Origin: an uncultured virus (IMG/VR IMGVR_UViG_3300009378_000006)
Lineage: Duplodnaviria; Heunggongvirae; Uroviricota; Caudoviricetes
Length of the DNA: 64,000 nucleotides
Reading direction: 5' to 3' (one strand)
IMG/VR virus record: IMGVR_UViG_3300009378_000006
Below are positions 28,464 through 38,200 of the stretch, one piece after another. The notes below the pieces were generated by a model. The model made no database searches and was not told the DNA's origin. It worked only from the letters and a program-made list of their open reading frames with translations. The translations under genes and the position numbers were made by a program. Position 1 is the first letter of the stretch, and each line of letters opens with the position of its first letter.

Positions 28464-29027
28464 ATGTCCAGCTACCACATCCTCAAGACCCGCACCGCCC
28501 CCCCGACCCTCTTCGCCGCAGGCAAGGGCGTGGGCCGCAGGTTCCCCCTCGTCCTGACCTACGCCGAGTACAAGGCGCACCAGCAGGAGCTGCTCCAGCT
28601 CAAGGGTCAGGGCTACATCACCATCGAGGAGGTCAAGGAGGCCGCTCCCCCCGAGCCGCCCCCGGCCCCCGCCGTCGAGCCCGATCCGGAACCGGCCCCC
28701 GAGCCGGAGCCCGAGCCGGTGACCGAGGAGCTCGCCGACGAGATCGACGAGGCCCGGGCCGAGCCCGAGCCGGAGGCCCTCGACGAGAAGCCCGAGGAGG
28801 TCGTCGAGGTTCCCCCCGAGGAGCCGGCGGACGAGCCGGTCGAGGAGGACCCGGAGGTGTACGACACCACCCTCCTGGACCAGGCCGTCAAGGGCCTCGT
28901 CAAGGACCTGGCCGAGATCACCGACCCCGCCTGGCTCCGTGCGCTCCGTGCGGCGGAGAACCTGGGCAAGACCCGCAAGAGCGCCATCGCCGCCATCAAG
29001 GAGCGGCTCGAGGCCCTGGAGGGCTGA
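28464..29027 (+). CDS. Pro/Glu-linker protein with a small C-terminal helical domain
   Basis: PE repeats; LRAAENLGKTRKSAIAAIKERL resembles a terminal domain common after capsid genes. Confidence 0.65.
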   Translation: MSSYHILKTRTAPPTLFAAGKGVGRRFPLVLTYAEYKAHQQELLQLKGQGYITIEEVKEAAPPEPPPAPAVEPDPEPAPEPEPEPVTEELADEIDEARAEPEPEALDEKPEEVVEVPPEEPADEPVEEDPEVYDTTLLDQAVKGLVKDLAEITDPAWLRALRAAENLGKTRKSAIAAIKERLEALEG

Positions 29028-29030
29028 CCC

Positions 29031-29522
29031 ATGGGTGACCGCACCAACATCTACAACCTGACGGACGTGACGCCGCGGCCCACGCCGCTGAAGATCTTCC
29101 GGCAGTTCATCGCCCCCGGCGGGAAGATGATCGTCCCGGTGTCCAAGCTGCGGACGCGCTCGGTGCAGAAGCGCCTGGCGCGGATGCAGGAGAACCGGGC
29201 CATCTTCGTCGGGACCGCGCCGCCGGCGTGGTACGTCGCCGCCAAGAAGGCGGCCAAGACCGAGCGCCGGCAGGCCCAGGCCTACAAGCCCCCGGCCGCG
29301 GAGCCGACCCCCGAGCCCGAGCCCGCGACAGTCTGTCGCGACGATGTCATGAAGGTCCTGCGCAAGCGGACCAAGGGCGACATCGAGGCCCTGGCGGAGC
29401 TCCTCGACCGGCCGGACGTCACCACGGACATGACCAAGGCCGAGATGCTCACCTCCCTCGAGGCGGGCATGGACGAGGTCATGCCGCTGACGGCCCCGCT
29501 GGAGAAGTACCTGGAGGGCTGA
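29031..29522 (+). CDS. Hypothetical protein with a possible HeH/Rho-N-like C-terminus
   Basis: TKGDIEALAE...MTKAEML. Confidence 0.6.
   Translation: MGDRTNIYNLTDVTPRPTPLKIFRQFIAPGGKMIVPVSKLRTRSVQKRLARMQENRAIFVGTAPPAWYVAAKKAAKTERRQAQAYKPPAAEPTPEPEPATVCRDDVMKVLRKRTKGDIEALAELLDRPDVTTDMTKAEMLTSLEAGMDEVMPLTAPLEKYLEG
29325..29339. promoter_or_regulatory. Palindrome copy 4
   Basis: GCGACAGTCTGTCGC, 17 bp with C/G flanks. Confidence 0.8.
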
Positions 29523-29523
29523 C

Positions 29524-30012
29524 GTGGTCGAACCCACACTCACGATGGCTCGTGCGATCCAGCTGGTGCGGCTGGTGATGCGGGACTACCCCGAGCTCAA
29601 CCGCCTCATCCGCGGTGAGGAGCACAGCGACCGCCTGGTCGCCTGGGCCATCATGGACGTGCTGGACGACTGGAACACGACGCCCCCGCTCATCGGGAAT
29701 GTGACCATCGGCTCCTTCCCATCGACCCGCCTCCTGGTGAAGGGGGCCATCGCGCAGCTGCTGACCTCGGTCGGGCTGCTGTCCACACGCAACGCCGTGG
29801 CCTTCTCGGATGGTGGCTTCTCGTACAACACGGACAAGACCCGGGCCCTCACGACCTGGATCCAGCTGTTCCAGAACGAGTACGAGAAGAAGAAGCTGCG
29901 CCTCAAGACCGCGCAGAACATCGCCGGCGGCTTCGGCGGGGGCGTCCACAGCGAGTACGACTGGCTCAACTCGGGCTGGTATGGGAACTGGGATGAGAAT
30001 TTCAGCCGATAG
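29524..30012 (+). CDS. Head-tail adaptor/neck protein (putative)
   Basis: Helical 162 aa with FSDGGFSY hairpin; position after the capsid gene. Confidence 0.55.
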   Translation: MVEPTLTMARAIQLVRLVMRDYPELNRLIRGEEHSDRLVAWAIMDVLDDWNTTPPLIGNVTIGSFPSTRLLVKGAIAQLLTSVGLLSTRNAVAFSDGGFSYNTDKTRALTTWIQLFQNEYEKKKLRLKTAQNIAGGFGGGVHSEYDWLNSGWYGNWDENFSR

Positions 30013-30583
30013 CCTGGTAGGCCGGGCCCTCCTCAAGCTGGCCGAGGACCCCCGGTGGTCCTCCGGCTCTCTCCCGGTGCGTGCAACGGCCCCCGGTGGG
30101 GCAGCGCAGACGAGAGCCCGAGCCACTCAGCAGGCGCAGCAGAAGGCGCAGCTCGCTGCCGGCCAGAAGAAGGAAGCCCAAGCTCCCGCTGCCGCCGAGG
30201 CGGTGCTGAACGCCTGGGCCCGCCTCCCTGCCGCGGCGAAGGGCGCGATCATCGGCGCCCCCATCGGCGCCGTGACCACCGGCAGCGGCGAGATGCTGCT
30301 CAACCGACAGCTCGACGACGGCAGCACGCCTCAGCAGCACATGTACGGGTCGCTGGCCGAGCGTGCCCGGGCGGTGCGGGACGCCTCGGACAACCCGGGG
30401 CTCATGAAGAAGCTGCTGGCCGAGACCGGCGGCCACGCCGAGAACCTGGCCGGCATCACGGCGGAGCACCCCGTCAAGTCGGCCCTCATCGCGGCACTAC
30501 TCGGAGGCGCACTCGGCGCTGGAGTAGGCGCCGGCTCTGGAGCTACACTCAGGATGCTGCCTCGGGCAGCAGCTGCGAGGTGA
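29993..30583 (+). CDS. Gly-zipper cargo-like protein
   Basis: MRISADSLVGRALLKLAE leader; GAIIGAPIGA and ALLGGALGAGVGAG. Confidence 0.6.
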   Translation: MRISADSLVGRALLKLAEDPRWSSGSLPVRATAPGGAAQTRARATQQAQQKAQLAAGQKKEAQAPAAAEAVLNAWARLPAAAKGAIIGAPIGAVTTGSGEMLLNRQLDDGSTPQQHMYGSLAERARAVRDASDNPGLMKKLLAETGGHAENLAGITAEHPVKSALIAALLGGALGAGVGAGSGATLRMLPRAAAAR

Positions 30584-30586
30584 CCC

Positions 30587-32755
30587 ATGTTGGACCGCTG
30601 GCTCGATGAACTGGCTCGTGACGAGGAGGAGCAGACCAAGCTCGCCTCGGTCGAGGACTCGTTCGCCAACCTGAGCACCGAGGAGCTGATGAAGCTGTCC
30701 GGCCTGGACAAGAAGGCGCTCGCGCCGTCCACGCTGCAGCTCCCGACGCCCCCGCCGCCCACCCAGCCGGGTGTGCCGCCGGTGCCGGAAGAGCCCCCCG
30801 CGATGCCGGGGGAGGAGATGCCTCCCGAGGAGATGATGCCGGAGGAGGAGATGGGTCCCGAGACCGCCAGCGAGGCGGTGGCCGAGGAAGCCGCCATGCC
30901 CCTGGCTGGCGGAGCCCCCGTCACCCCCGGCCAGGTCGGCGCCGCCGTCGGATCCGGCGTGGCCACCGTCATGGAGATGATGGGTGCCCTCGGAGCCGGT
31001 GCCGAGGCGATGGCTGCCGAGGAGGCACCGCCCGAGCCCTCCCCCGAGGAGGCCGCCATGATGGAGCAGCAGATGGCGGAGGACCAGGCGGCCCAGATGC
31101 AGCCGGCCGCCGAGCAGGCCGCTCCGCCCCCGCCTCCCCCCGCTCCCGCCCCGATGCCGGCGTCGAACCCGGCCGTCGGTGGCGCAGGCGGCATGAGCAT
31201 GCCGCCGGGCGCCGGCCCGTCCGGCGCGCAGGTGCCGGGGACGGGTGGCATGGGAGGCATGGGCATGCCGGGCATGACCCCCAAGATGAGCTCGGTGCGG
31301 GACCTCCAGGGCCTGCTGCAGGAGAAGCTCGCGCGCAAGGGGAACCGGACCCCGGCCAGCTACAAGGCGCGGCAGCACGCCGAGGACAACCCTCCCGCGG
31401 CGCGGCTGGTCCCGCGAAAGCCGGAGCAGGCGCCGGCATCCCCCGCGGGTGTCCCCCGCGGCCCAGGCAAGCTCCCCCCGAAGCGGACATCCCCGGCGGG
31501 TGACCGAACGGGGCTGTCCCCCTTCGCGGGCAAGGAGGCGACCTCCTCCGTGGACCCTACCGTAGGCGCTGACTCGGTCAAGACCGGCTCGGCGCTGCCG
31601 CTGGACGTGTACGAGTCGGCCATCGTCAAGACCGCCCAGGCGGAGGCGATGGAGAAGGAGGCGGAGAACGTCGTCTACCCCAGCATCGGGATGGCGGAGC
31701 TCCGCCAGCTGCTCAAGACCAAGCTGAGCCCCCCGACTGGGGTCGAGAAGCTCGCCTGGGGCTGGCCTGCCGCGCTCGGGGCGGCCGGCGGCCTCGCCGG
31801 TGGCATCGGTGGCACCCTCGGCGCGCAGAAGCTGATGAAGGAACGGCGCGAGGGCAAGATCGAGTCGGCCCTGCAGCAGCTCCCCGGACCCCTCGGCGAG
31901 TTCTACCTGGCCAACCCGGAGCGCCGGGATGAGGTGGCCGACTTCATGAGCAGGATGCCGGCGGCGGACAAGAAGCCGATGGGCACCTTCGCCAACGTGC
32001 AGTTCGCCCCCATCTCCGACGAGATGATCGACCACCTGGAGCAGCTCCAGAAGGAGAGCTCCGTGCCCGAGGTCTACGCCTCCGCCCTGGAGAAGCAGGC
32101 GGTGGGCCCCGAGGCAGCCGCGGCCCTGGAGCAGTTCGTGGCCAAGGCGCCCCCACGGATGGGGCATGCCCGCTCGGTCGCTGGCGATCTCCTCAACCCG
32201 TTCAAGCACCTGAGCAAGCGCAAGGAGATGCGCGACGTCGCCCAGCACATGCGCGAGATCGGTGAGGCGCCGATGAGCATCAAGGCGCTGCCCGAGCTGG
32301 TCGGGACCCCCAGCAGCTCCGGCCACCTCATGACCGTCGGTGACGACGTGATGACCCGGCCCGAGTTCCAGCAGCTGCTCGCGCAGCGTGCGCAGCTGGT
32401 CGAGGCGGGGCTCCCCTCCGGTGCCAAGATCAACCTGAACCCGCAGCAGCTCGAGACCCTGTTGGCTCAGCGCCACGGGCAGGCTCAGCGGGCCTTCGGG
32501 CAGGCCGAGGAGCTCGAGCGCGCAGCGCTGCGTGAGGGCCTCATCGGTGGTGGCATGCTGACCGCCGGACCTCTCGGGGTCGTCGGAGCTGGCGCGACTG
32601 GCGCGGCACTGCTGAGCGGCCTGGACGCCAACCCCAGCCGCAAGCACGACCGGGCCATCGCCCGGTCGGAGAGGCGGGCGGCCCGGGCCGAGCGCAAGGC
32701 GGCGCGGTCCCAGGAGAAGGGAGCGAGCGCACAGCTCCGCCCCTTTCGATCTTGA
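30587..32755 (+). CDS. Modular Pro-rich internal virion protein, KxA-punctuated
   Basis: KLAS, KMSS, EKLA, KEAT, KTGS, KTAQ, EKEA, EKLAW, KESS, EKQA; Gly-zipper modules. Confidence 0.7.
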   Translation: MLDRWLDELARDEEEQTKLASVEDSFANLSTEELMKLSGLDKKALAPSTLQLPTPPPPTQPGVPPVPEEPPAMPGEEMPPEEMMPEEEMGPETASEAVAEEAAMPLAGGAPVTPGQVGAAVGSGVATVMEMMGALGAGAEAMAAEEAPPEPSPEEAAMMEQQMAEDQAAQMQPAAEQAAPPPPPPAPAPMPASNPAVGGAGGMSMPPGAGPSGAQVPGTGGMGGMGMPGMTPKMSSVRDLQGLLQEKLARKGNRTPASYKARQHAEDNPPAARLVPRKPEQAPASPAGVPRGPGKLPPKRTSPAGDRTGLSPFAGKEATSSVDPTVGADSVKTGSALPLDVYESAIVKTAQAEAMEKEAENVVYPSIGMAELRQLLKTKLSPPTGVEKLAWGWPAALGAAGGLAGGIGGTLGAQKLMKERREGKIESALQQLPGPLGEFYLANPERRDEVADFMSRMPAADKKPMGTFANVQFAPISDEMIDHLEQLQKESSVPEVYASALEKQAVGPEAAAALEQFVAKAPPRMGHARSVAGDLLNPFKHLSKRKEMRDVAQHMREIGEAPMSIKALPELVGTPSSSGHLMTVGDDVMTRPEFQQLLAQRAQLVEAGLPSGAKINLNPQQLETLLAQRHGQAQRAFGQAEELERAALREGLIGGGMLTAGPLGVVGAGATGAALLSGLDANPSRKHDRAIARSERRAARAERKAARSQEKGASAQLRPFRS

Positions 32756-32768
32756 GAAGGAGGCGTGG

Positions 32769-33092
32769 TTGGGCGGACTCAAGGGCCTCTTCACCCGTGG
32801 CGCAGGAGAGGTGGCAGAGGCCGCTGCCACGAAGACGCACCCCAAGGCGGTGACGGACATGACGGCGGCGATCAGGGCACGACAGGCTGCGGGCATCCCC
32901 GCTGGAGTGAGCAGGACTGCTGCGCCACAGCCGACGAGGAGCCTCGATGACTACTTGAGGTGGCAGCAGGCCCAGCCGGTAGCCACCCAAGTGAGGGCGA
33001 GCACACCTGGTCGCCTCCGTGGCGGTGAGTGGATTGAGGGTGGTACTTCCGTGCAGACGGTGATGCGGCCCCCGGCCCGCCCGCGGTTCTAG
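32769..33092 (+). CDS. Hypothetical protein
   Basis: SD AAGGAGG plus TTG start; atypical codon use. Confidence 0.45.
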   Translation: MGGLKGLFTRGAGEVAEAAATKTHPKAVTDMTAAIRARQAAGIPAGVSRTAAPQPTRSLDDYLRWQQAQPVATQVRASTPGRLRGGEWIEGGTSVQTVMRPPARPRF

Positions 33093-33100
33093 GAGGTAGG

Positions 33101-34000
33101 TTGATCGAGGTCACCAACATCAGAGTCCGGTCGTTCGACCTGGATCGACTCGACCTCTGGTGGGAGATCTCGACCACCTCGGAGGACCCGCAGGACTACG
33201 ACCTGTACGTGCTGCGGTCCACCTCCCCGCTGGGCCCCTACGAGCCGCTGCATGATCGGCCGCTGAGCGACGTCTACCACTTCCGCGACGCGCGCATGGG
33301 GCTGATGCACAACTGGCGTCAGCTCTACTACCGCATCCGGATGGTCAACCGGGCCACCGGGGAGACCAGGGACTTCCCCGAGGACCGGGGCGCCTCCGTG
33401 GATCCCCCGCTGGCCCTGGACGCCCTCGAGGCCGCTCGGTACGAGGAGATCCTCTTCAAGGAGAAGATCGGCCGCCCGTGCTGGCTGTTCAAGAAGCGCA
33501 CCTTCGGTCCGCGCTGCCCCCACTGCTTCGACGAGCGCCTGCAGCGGGCGAAGACCAAGCGCTGCCCGGCGTGCTACGGGGCCAGCTACCTGCACGGGTT
33601 CATGTCCCCCATCCAGTTCTACTGCCAGATCGACCCGACGACGCAGAGCAACCAGCAGTCGACCAAGAGCGAGCAGCGGGAAGAGCGCACGATGGCGCGG
33701 TGCATCTTCTTCCCGCCCGTCACGCCCGAGGACGTCATCGTCGAGCTGGAGAACGTGCGCTGGCGGGTAGCCAAGGTGACACCCACCAAGCGCCTGGGGT
33801 CGGTCATCCACCAGGAGCTCACCCTGCGCCGTATCCCGGAGGGCAGCATCGAGTACACGCTGCCCCTCGACGTGGACCTGGAGAACTTCGTGGGCGGGCC
33901 CGACCGGGAGTTCACCAACCCGCAGAACCTCGAGAACGCGGACCGGCCACACATGGACATCCGCGACCTGGCCGCCGCATACAGGTGGGTGACACGATGA
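33101..34000 (+). CDS. Neck/head-closure protein with Ig/FN3-like N-terminus and Zn finger
   Basis: LDLWW...YDLYVLRS...YYRI; CPHC...CPACYG; DVIVE..NVRWRV. Confidence 0.55.
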   Translation: MIEVTNIRVRSFDLDRLDLWWEISTTSEDPQDYDLYVLRSTSPLGPYEPLHDRPLSDVYHFRDARMGLMHNWRQLYYRIRMVNRATGETRDFPEDRGASVDPPLALDALEAARYEEILFKEKIGRPCWLFKKRTFGPRCPHCFDERLQRAKTKRCPACYGASYLHGFMSPIQFYCQIDPTTQSNQQSTKSEQREERTMARCIFFPPVTPEDVIVELENVRWRVAKVTPTKRLGSVIHQELTLRRIPEGSIEYTLPLDVDLENFVGGPDREFTNPQNLENADRPHMDIRDLAAAYRWVTR

Positions 34001-34443
34001 AGCCCTCGATGGCCGCCTTCCACGATGAGCTGAGCCGCATCCTCTCCTTGGAGAAGGTGGCGGACCAGCACGAGGACGACAGTCTGTCGCCGGACGAGCC
34101 GCTGCCCCGCGAGGCCCCGTCGGGTGCCTACGAGTTCGCGCGCTACGGCATCGCGGAGCCCCTGGTGCGGGTGGGCCTGCCCGCCGCCCTCGGGACAGGC
34201 GCGGGCTACCTCGCCGGCGGCGGCATGTACCATGCGCTGCGCAACGCGCCGCACCTGGGTCCGTGGTTCCAGTCCCTGCCGCACCAGAACGTCGTCTCGG
34301 GCGGGCTGAAGGCGGCCGTGGGCCTCGGCGGGCTGCTGACCGGGCTGGGCCTGGCGTGGAAGCGCCACCAGCTCTACAACGAGATCGAGCGTGCCCAGAT
34401 GGAGCGGCGCGCCAAGATGGAGGAGGCTCTAGGTGAGGGGTAG
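33997..34443 (+). CDS. Small cargo-like membrane protein with AFxDEL...EKVA leader
   Basis: MKPSMAAFHDELSRILSLEKVAD; two Gly-rich hydrophobic helices. Confidence 0.65.
   Translation: MKPSMAAFHDELSRILSLEKVADQHEDDSLSPDEPLPREAPSGAYEFARYGIAEPLVRVGLPAALGTGAGYLAGGGMYHALRNAPHLGPWFQSLPHQNVVSGGLKAAVGLGGLLTGLGLAWKRHQLYNEIERAQMERRAKMEEALGEG
34076..34090. promoter_or_regulatory. Palindrome copy 5
   Basis: ACGACAGTCTGTCGC (14/15). Confidence 0.75.
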
Positions 34444-35185
34444 TGTCAAGCACGTAGATCCGCCCGACGCCGCGCTGTCCGAAGGACCGGCGCAGTGGGC
34501 CGTCTACCTGTACACCTGCTTCCTCCAGGGGCTGTTCAACCACCTCCCGCACGGGTTCTTCCGGTGGGAGCCGGACCTCAAGGACACCGAGATCGTCATC
34601 ACGGGTGAGCAGCCGCTGGACGCGGACGCCATCCAGAAGAACCCGCACCTCGTCGTGCTCCGCGGCCCGTACAAGTGGGCCAACCTGAGCCTCGACAAGA
34701 TGCGCAACACCGGATCGTTCACAGGGAACCGCACCCACACCGACCTCGTTGCGGGGACGATGGGTGTGTTCTGCATCGCCGAGGAGGGCATGGAGGCAGA
34801 CCGCCTGGCGGACATCGTGTTCCGCGCCACGGTCTACCACCGCCGCCTCCTCCAGAAGACGGGTGGATTCCACAAGATCGGCCACGACCTCTCCACCGGA
34901 CCCGAGACCCCGCCTGGTGCCCTCATCCGGGACTCCAGCGAGGTGGAGGGCGTGATGGTGGAGGTCTCGGTCCCCTGGTTCCTCCAGTGGACCTGGACGT
35001 CTGAGTTGATCGTGCCACCGCAGAAGACAACGCTCGGTCTCATCTTTGACGAGCCCCGTGCCAGTGACGTCGAGAAGCCGGCCTTCGACGTGCTCAACGA
35101 CGCCACGCTCCTGGCACATTACGGGGTAGCCAATAACGAGGAAGCCGAGTCAGAATTTGGGCTGCAGGCGTTGGTGACGCCGTAG
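34433..35185 (+). CDS. Tail completion/terminator protein (putative)
   Basis: Directly upstream of the sheath gene; PHLVVLRG and EADRLADIVF pattern. Confidence 0.5.
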   Translation: MRGSVKHVDPPDAALSEGPAQWAVYLYTCFLQGLFNHLPHGFFRWEPDLKDTEIVITGEQPLDADAIQKNPHLVVLRGPYKWANLSLDKMRNTGSFTGNRTHTDLVAGTMGVFCIAEEGMEADRLADIVFRATVYHRRLLQKTGGFHKIGHDLSTGPETPPGALIRDSSEVEGVMVEVSVPWFLQWTWTSELIVPPQKTTLGLIFDEPRASDVEKPAFDVLNDATLLAHYGVANNEEAESEFGLQALVTP

Positions 35186-35201
35186 CCCAGAGGAGATTGC
35201 C

Positions 35202-38200
35202 ATGGCAGCTCTTGCAAAGCCCAACGTGTCCGTCATCCAGGAGTTCGCGACCACGAGTCCGACGATCCTGGTCCCGACCCTGCGCCCGTGCGTGGTGGGA
35301 CCGGCGCTCGAGGTCGTGGAGGTGCTGGATGACGCCGGCGCCATCAACGACGACGCCAAGGACGGAGCCTACGACCAGTTCCAGCAGGTGGTCACCCAGA
35401 CCTCCTTCCCCGACCCGCGGGGGAACCTCGACGAGCTCGACATCCAGGAGAGCACCATCCGCGCCTTCCTGACGTTCGGCGGCGCGATGTACGAGCTGGA
35501 CAACGGGGACTCCCTCTACGGGACCTACGGCTCGTCCTTCCTGGCCTTCGCCAACTGGGCCTCCCGCGCGGCGATCATCGCCTCCGGGCCGGAGAACTAC
35601 GCCTTCGGGGCCGGCCTGCTGTTGGCCTTCTGCGTCGACAACCCCCTGCGGACGGACACCTCCTCGGACATCACCGTGGAGCTGACCGGCACGCTGACGG
35701 CCGAGGACACCGCCGACGAGATCAACGCGGCGGCGGGCGAGACCATCGCCTACTCCATCGAGGTCGCCCCCGGCGACACCCGCCTGGTGCTGGTGTCCAA
35801 CACCTACGGTGCCGGGTCGTCCCTGACCATCCGGGCCAGCAGCGGCGCGGCAGGCATCCTGTACAGCGGCCTCCCCCTGAGCGGGGTCGAGGAGTACCGG
35901 ATCGAGGGCTGCGGCTTCCGCGGCCAGGACGACGGCGACGTCGACACCACGACCCCGTGGATCGAGTTCTTCCGCGGTGAGGAGTACATGGACGGTGTCG
36001 CCGCCGGCGCGGCCGCGTGGCAGGCGGAGGGCAACCTCCGCGACGAGCTCGACGTCTTCACCAACGCGCGTGCGGCGGCCCGAACCTACTCCGGCGTGAG
36101 CCCGGACGTCCCCCTGCAGGCGGCCACGGCCGTCCTCCCGGGCGACATCTTCTACGCGGACGGCGCGCAGGTGGGCACCACGGCCGAGGTCATCGAGGTC
36201 CAGCAGGACCGCTTCCGTCTCGGGGTGCTCGACAGCGAGAACTCCGTCTTCGACGACGACGGCGTGCCCACCAGCCGGGTCTACACCGAGTTCGAGGTGG
36301 GCAACCTCTTCGACGGCACCCCGCTGGCGCCCCAGTACTGCTGGTTCGGCGCCCAGGGGCTGGTCGAAGGCAACATCGTCCCGACCCCGGTGGCTGCGGC
36401 ACTCACCGGCAGCACGGAGGCCTCCGCCGCCCTGTTCGGCTACCTCGTGGGCGGTCCGGTGGCCACGGCCAACTTCCCACTCCTCATCGGCAACAAGCGC
36501 CTGTACCTGCGGGCCACGGTCGATGGCGTCCGTGGGGCCGAGCAGACCGTCCTGTTCAGCGGGACGTTCAACTCCATGGCGGACGTGGCCGCGGCCATCA
36601 CCGCGCAGGCCACCGACATCATCGCCACCTCCTACACCGACGTCACGGCTGCCGAGCAGTACCTGACCCTGCAGACCGGCGCGACCGGAGCGGACCAGGC
36701 CGTCGAGGTGAGCGAGACTGGCGCGTTCAACGCCGTGACCGACCTGGAGATGGACGCGGCCTCCCGCTCCGGCGGCAGCGGAGTCGGCGTGGACGCCGAG
36801 TTCTCCACCCAGGCCTTCGTCACCGGCGGCCCGGACGACGGCGAGACCCCCGGACCCTACGTCTTCCCGCTGGTGGGCGGTGAGCTGCTGGACTACACGG
36901 TCACCGACCGCAACGGTACGACCCTCAGCCTCGCCTACACCCTGGATGCTGCCGACGTCGGCGCACCGGCGGCGAACACCTGGGCCGGCCTGGCCGCCCA
37001 CCTCAACGCCGGAGGCAACGGAACGGCGCTGCCGGCCAACGGCATGCCCAACTGCCCGATGGTGGAGTTCATCGGGGACGACACCGCCAACGCTCGAGGC
37101 CTGACCATCCGGGTGCTCGAGGGCGGCAGCGGCACGGCCATCGACGTGGACGAGGCCACCACGCACGCCAACTTCAGCTTCGCGGGCGCCCGCGTGGCTG
37201 CCACGGCGGACATCGTCATCGCAGGTGGCGACCCCGGTGCCGCCGCGGCCATCACCGTCGACACGACGGAGCTCGGTGGCGCGGCCCGCGTGTCCGCGGC
37301 GGCTGGCGGTGGGCCCACGGACTGGGTCATCACGGCGGGTGACATCCCGGCGACCATCGCCTCCCTCGCGGCAGGACTGTCGGCACACCCGGACATCACG
37401 GCGGTCGACAACGGCGTCGACACGGTGACCGTGACTGTGGCCACCACGGGCTGGCGCGGCAACCTCTGCACCATCGTGTCGAGCGACTTCACCAACATGA
37501 CCATCCAGGGTGGGGCGGTCATCGCCTTCCTCACGGGTGGAACGGCCACGTCTACCCAGACCGCACTCATCGGTCCCGCCACCGCGGGCGGTGACATCCT
37601 CACCGTCGACACCGCGGCCGTCGGCGGCTCGCAGGTGGACTACGAGGCTGGTGGTGTGGACTGGGTCGGCAACGGGGCGGCTGGGGCCTCCTCCCTGGTC
37701 ACCGCCATCAACACCGGGCCCCAGAACGGTGAGGTGTACGCCCACAACCTGGACGCCGTAGGCGCGGCCCAGGCCACTGTGACTCTCTACGCGCTCAACC
37801 CCGACGGCTACCTCGCCAACCTGTGCTGGGCGCAGACCACCGACTTCGCCCAGATCAACGTGGCAGGCGCGGGCGACCTCCTGGAGCACGAGTTCACGGG
37901 CGGCACCGAGGACAACGACAACGACACGGGCGCCGACGTGCTGACGGGCGAGGAGTTCGCCTTCCAGCTCGACTACAACCCGCACGAGTGGGTGGTGACG
38001 CCGGCCAACGACTCCCTCGACGACCTGATCGAGATGATCAACGAGGAGGTCAACGACAACATCGTGGCCACGGCAGGCGGCACCAACACCCGCCAGCTGG
38101 TCCTGACCAGCCTCCTGCTGGGCCAGGCGTCGAGGGTGGAGGTCCTGGCGGACACCGCCAGCCGCATCATCACCTCGGCGGCGCTGGGCATGGCGACCCC

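Noticed and set aside
28640..28860. GAGCCC/GAGCCG short tandem repeats
   Set aside because: Explained by a Pro-Glu protein linker.
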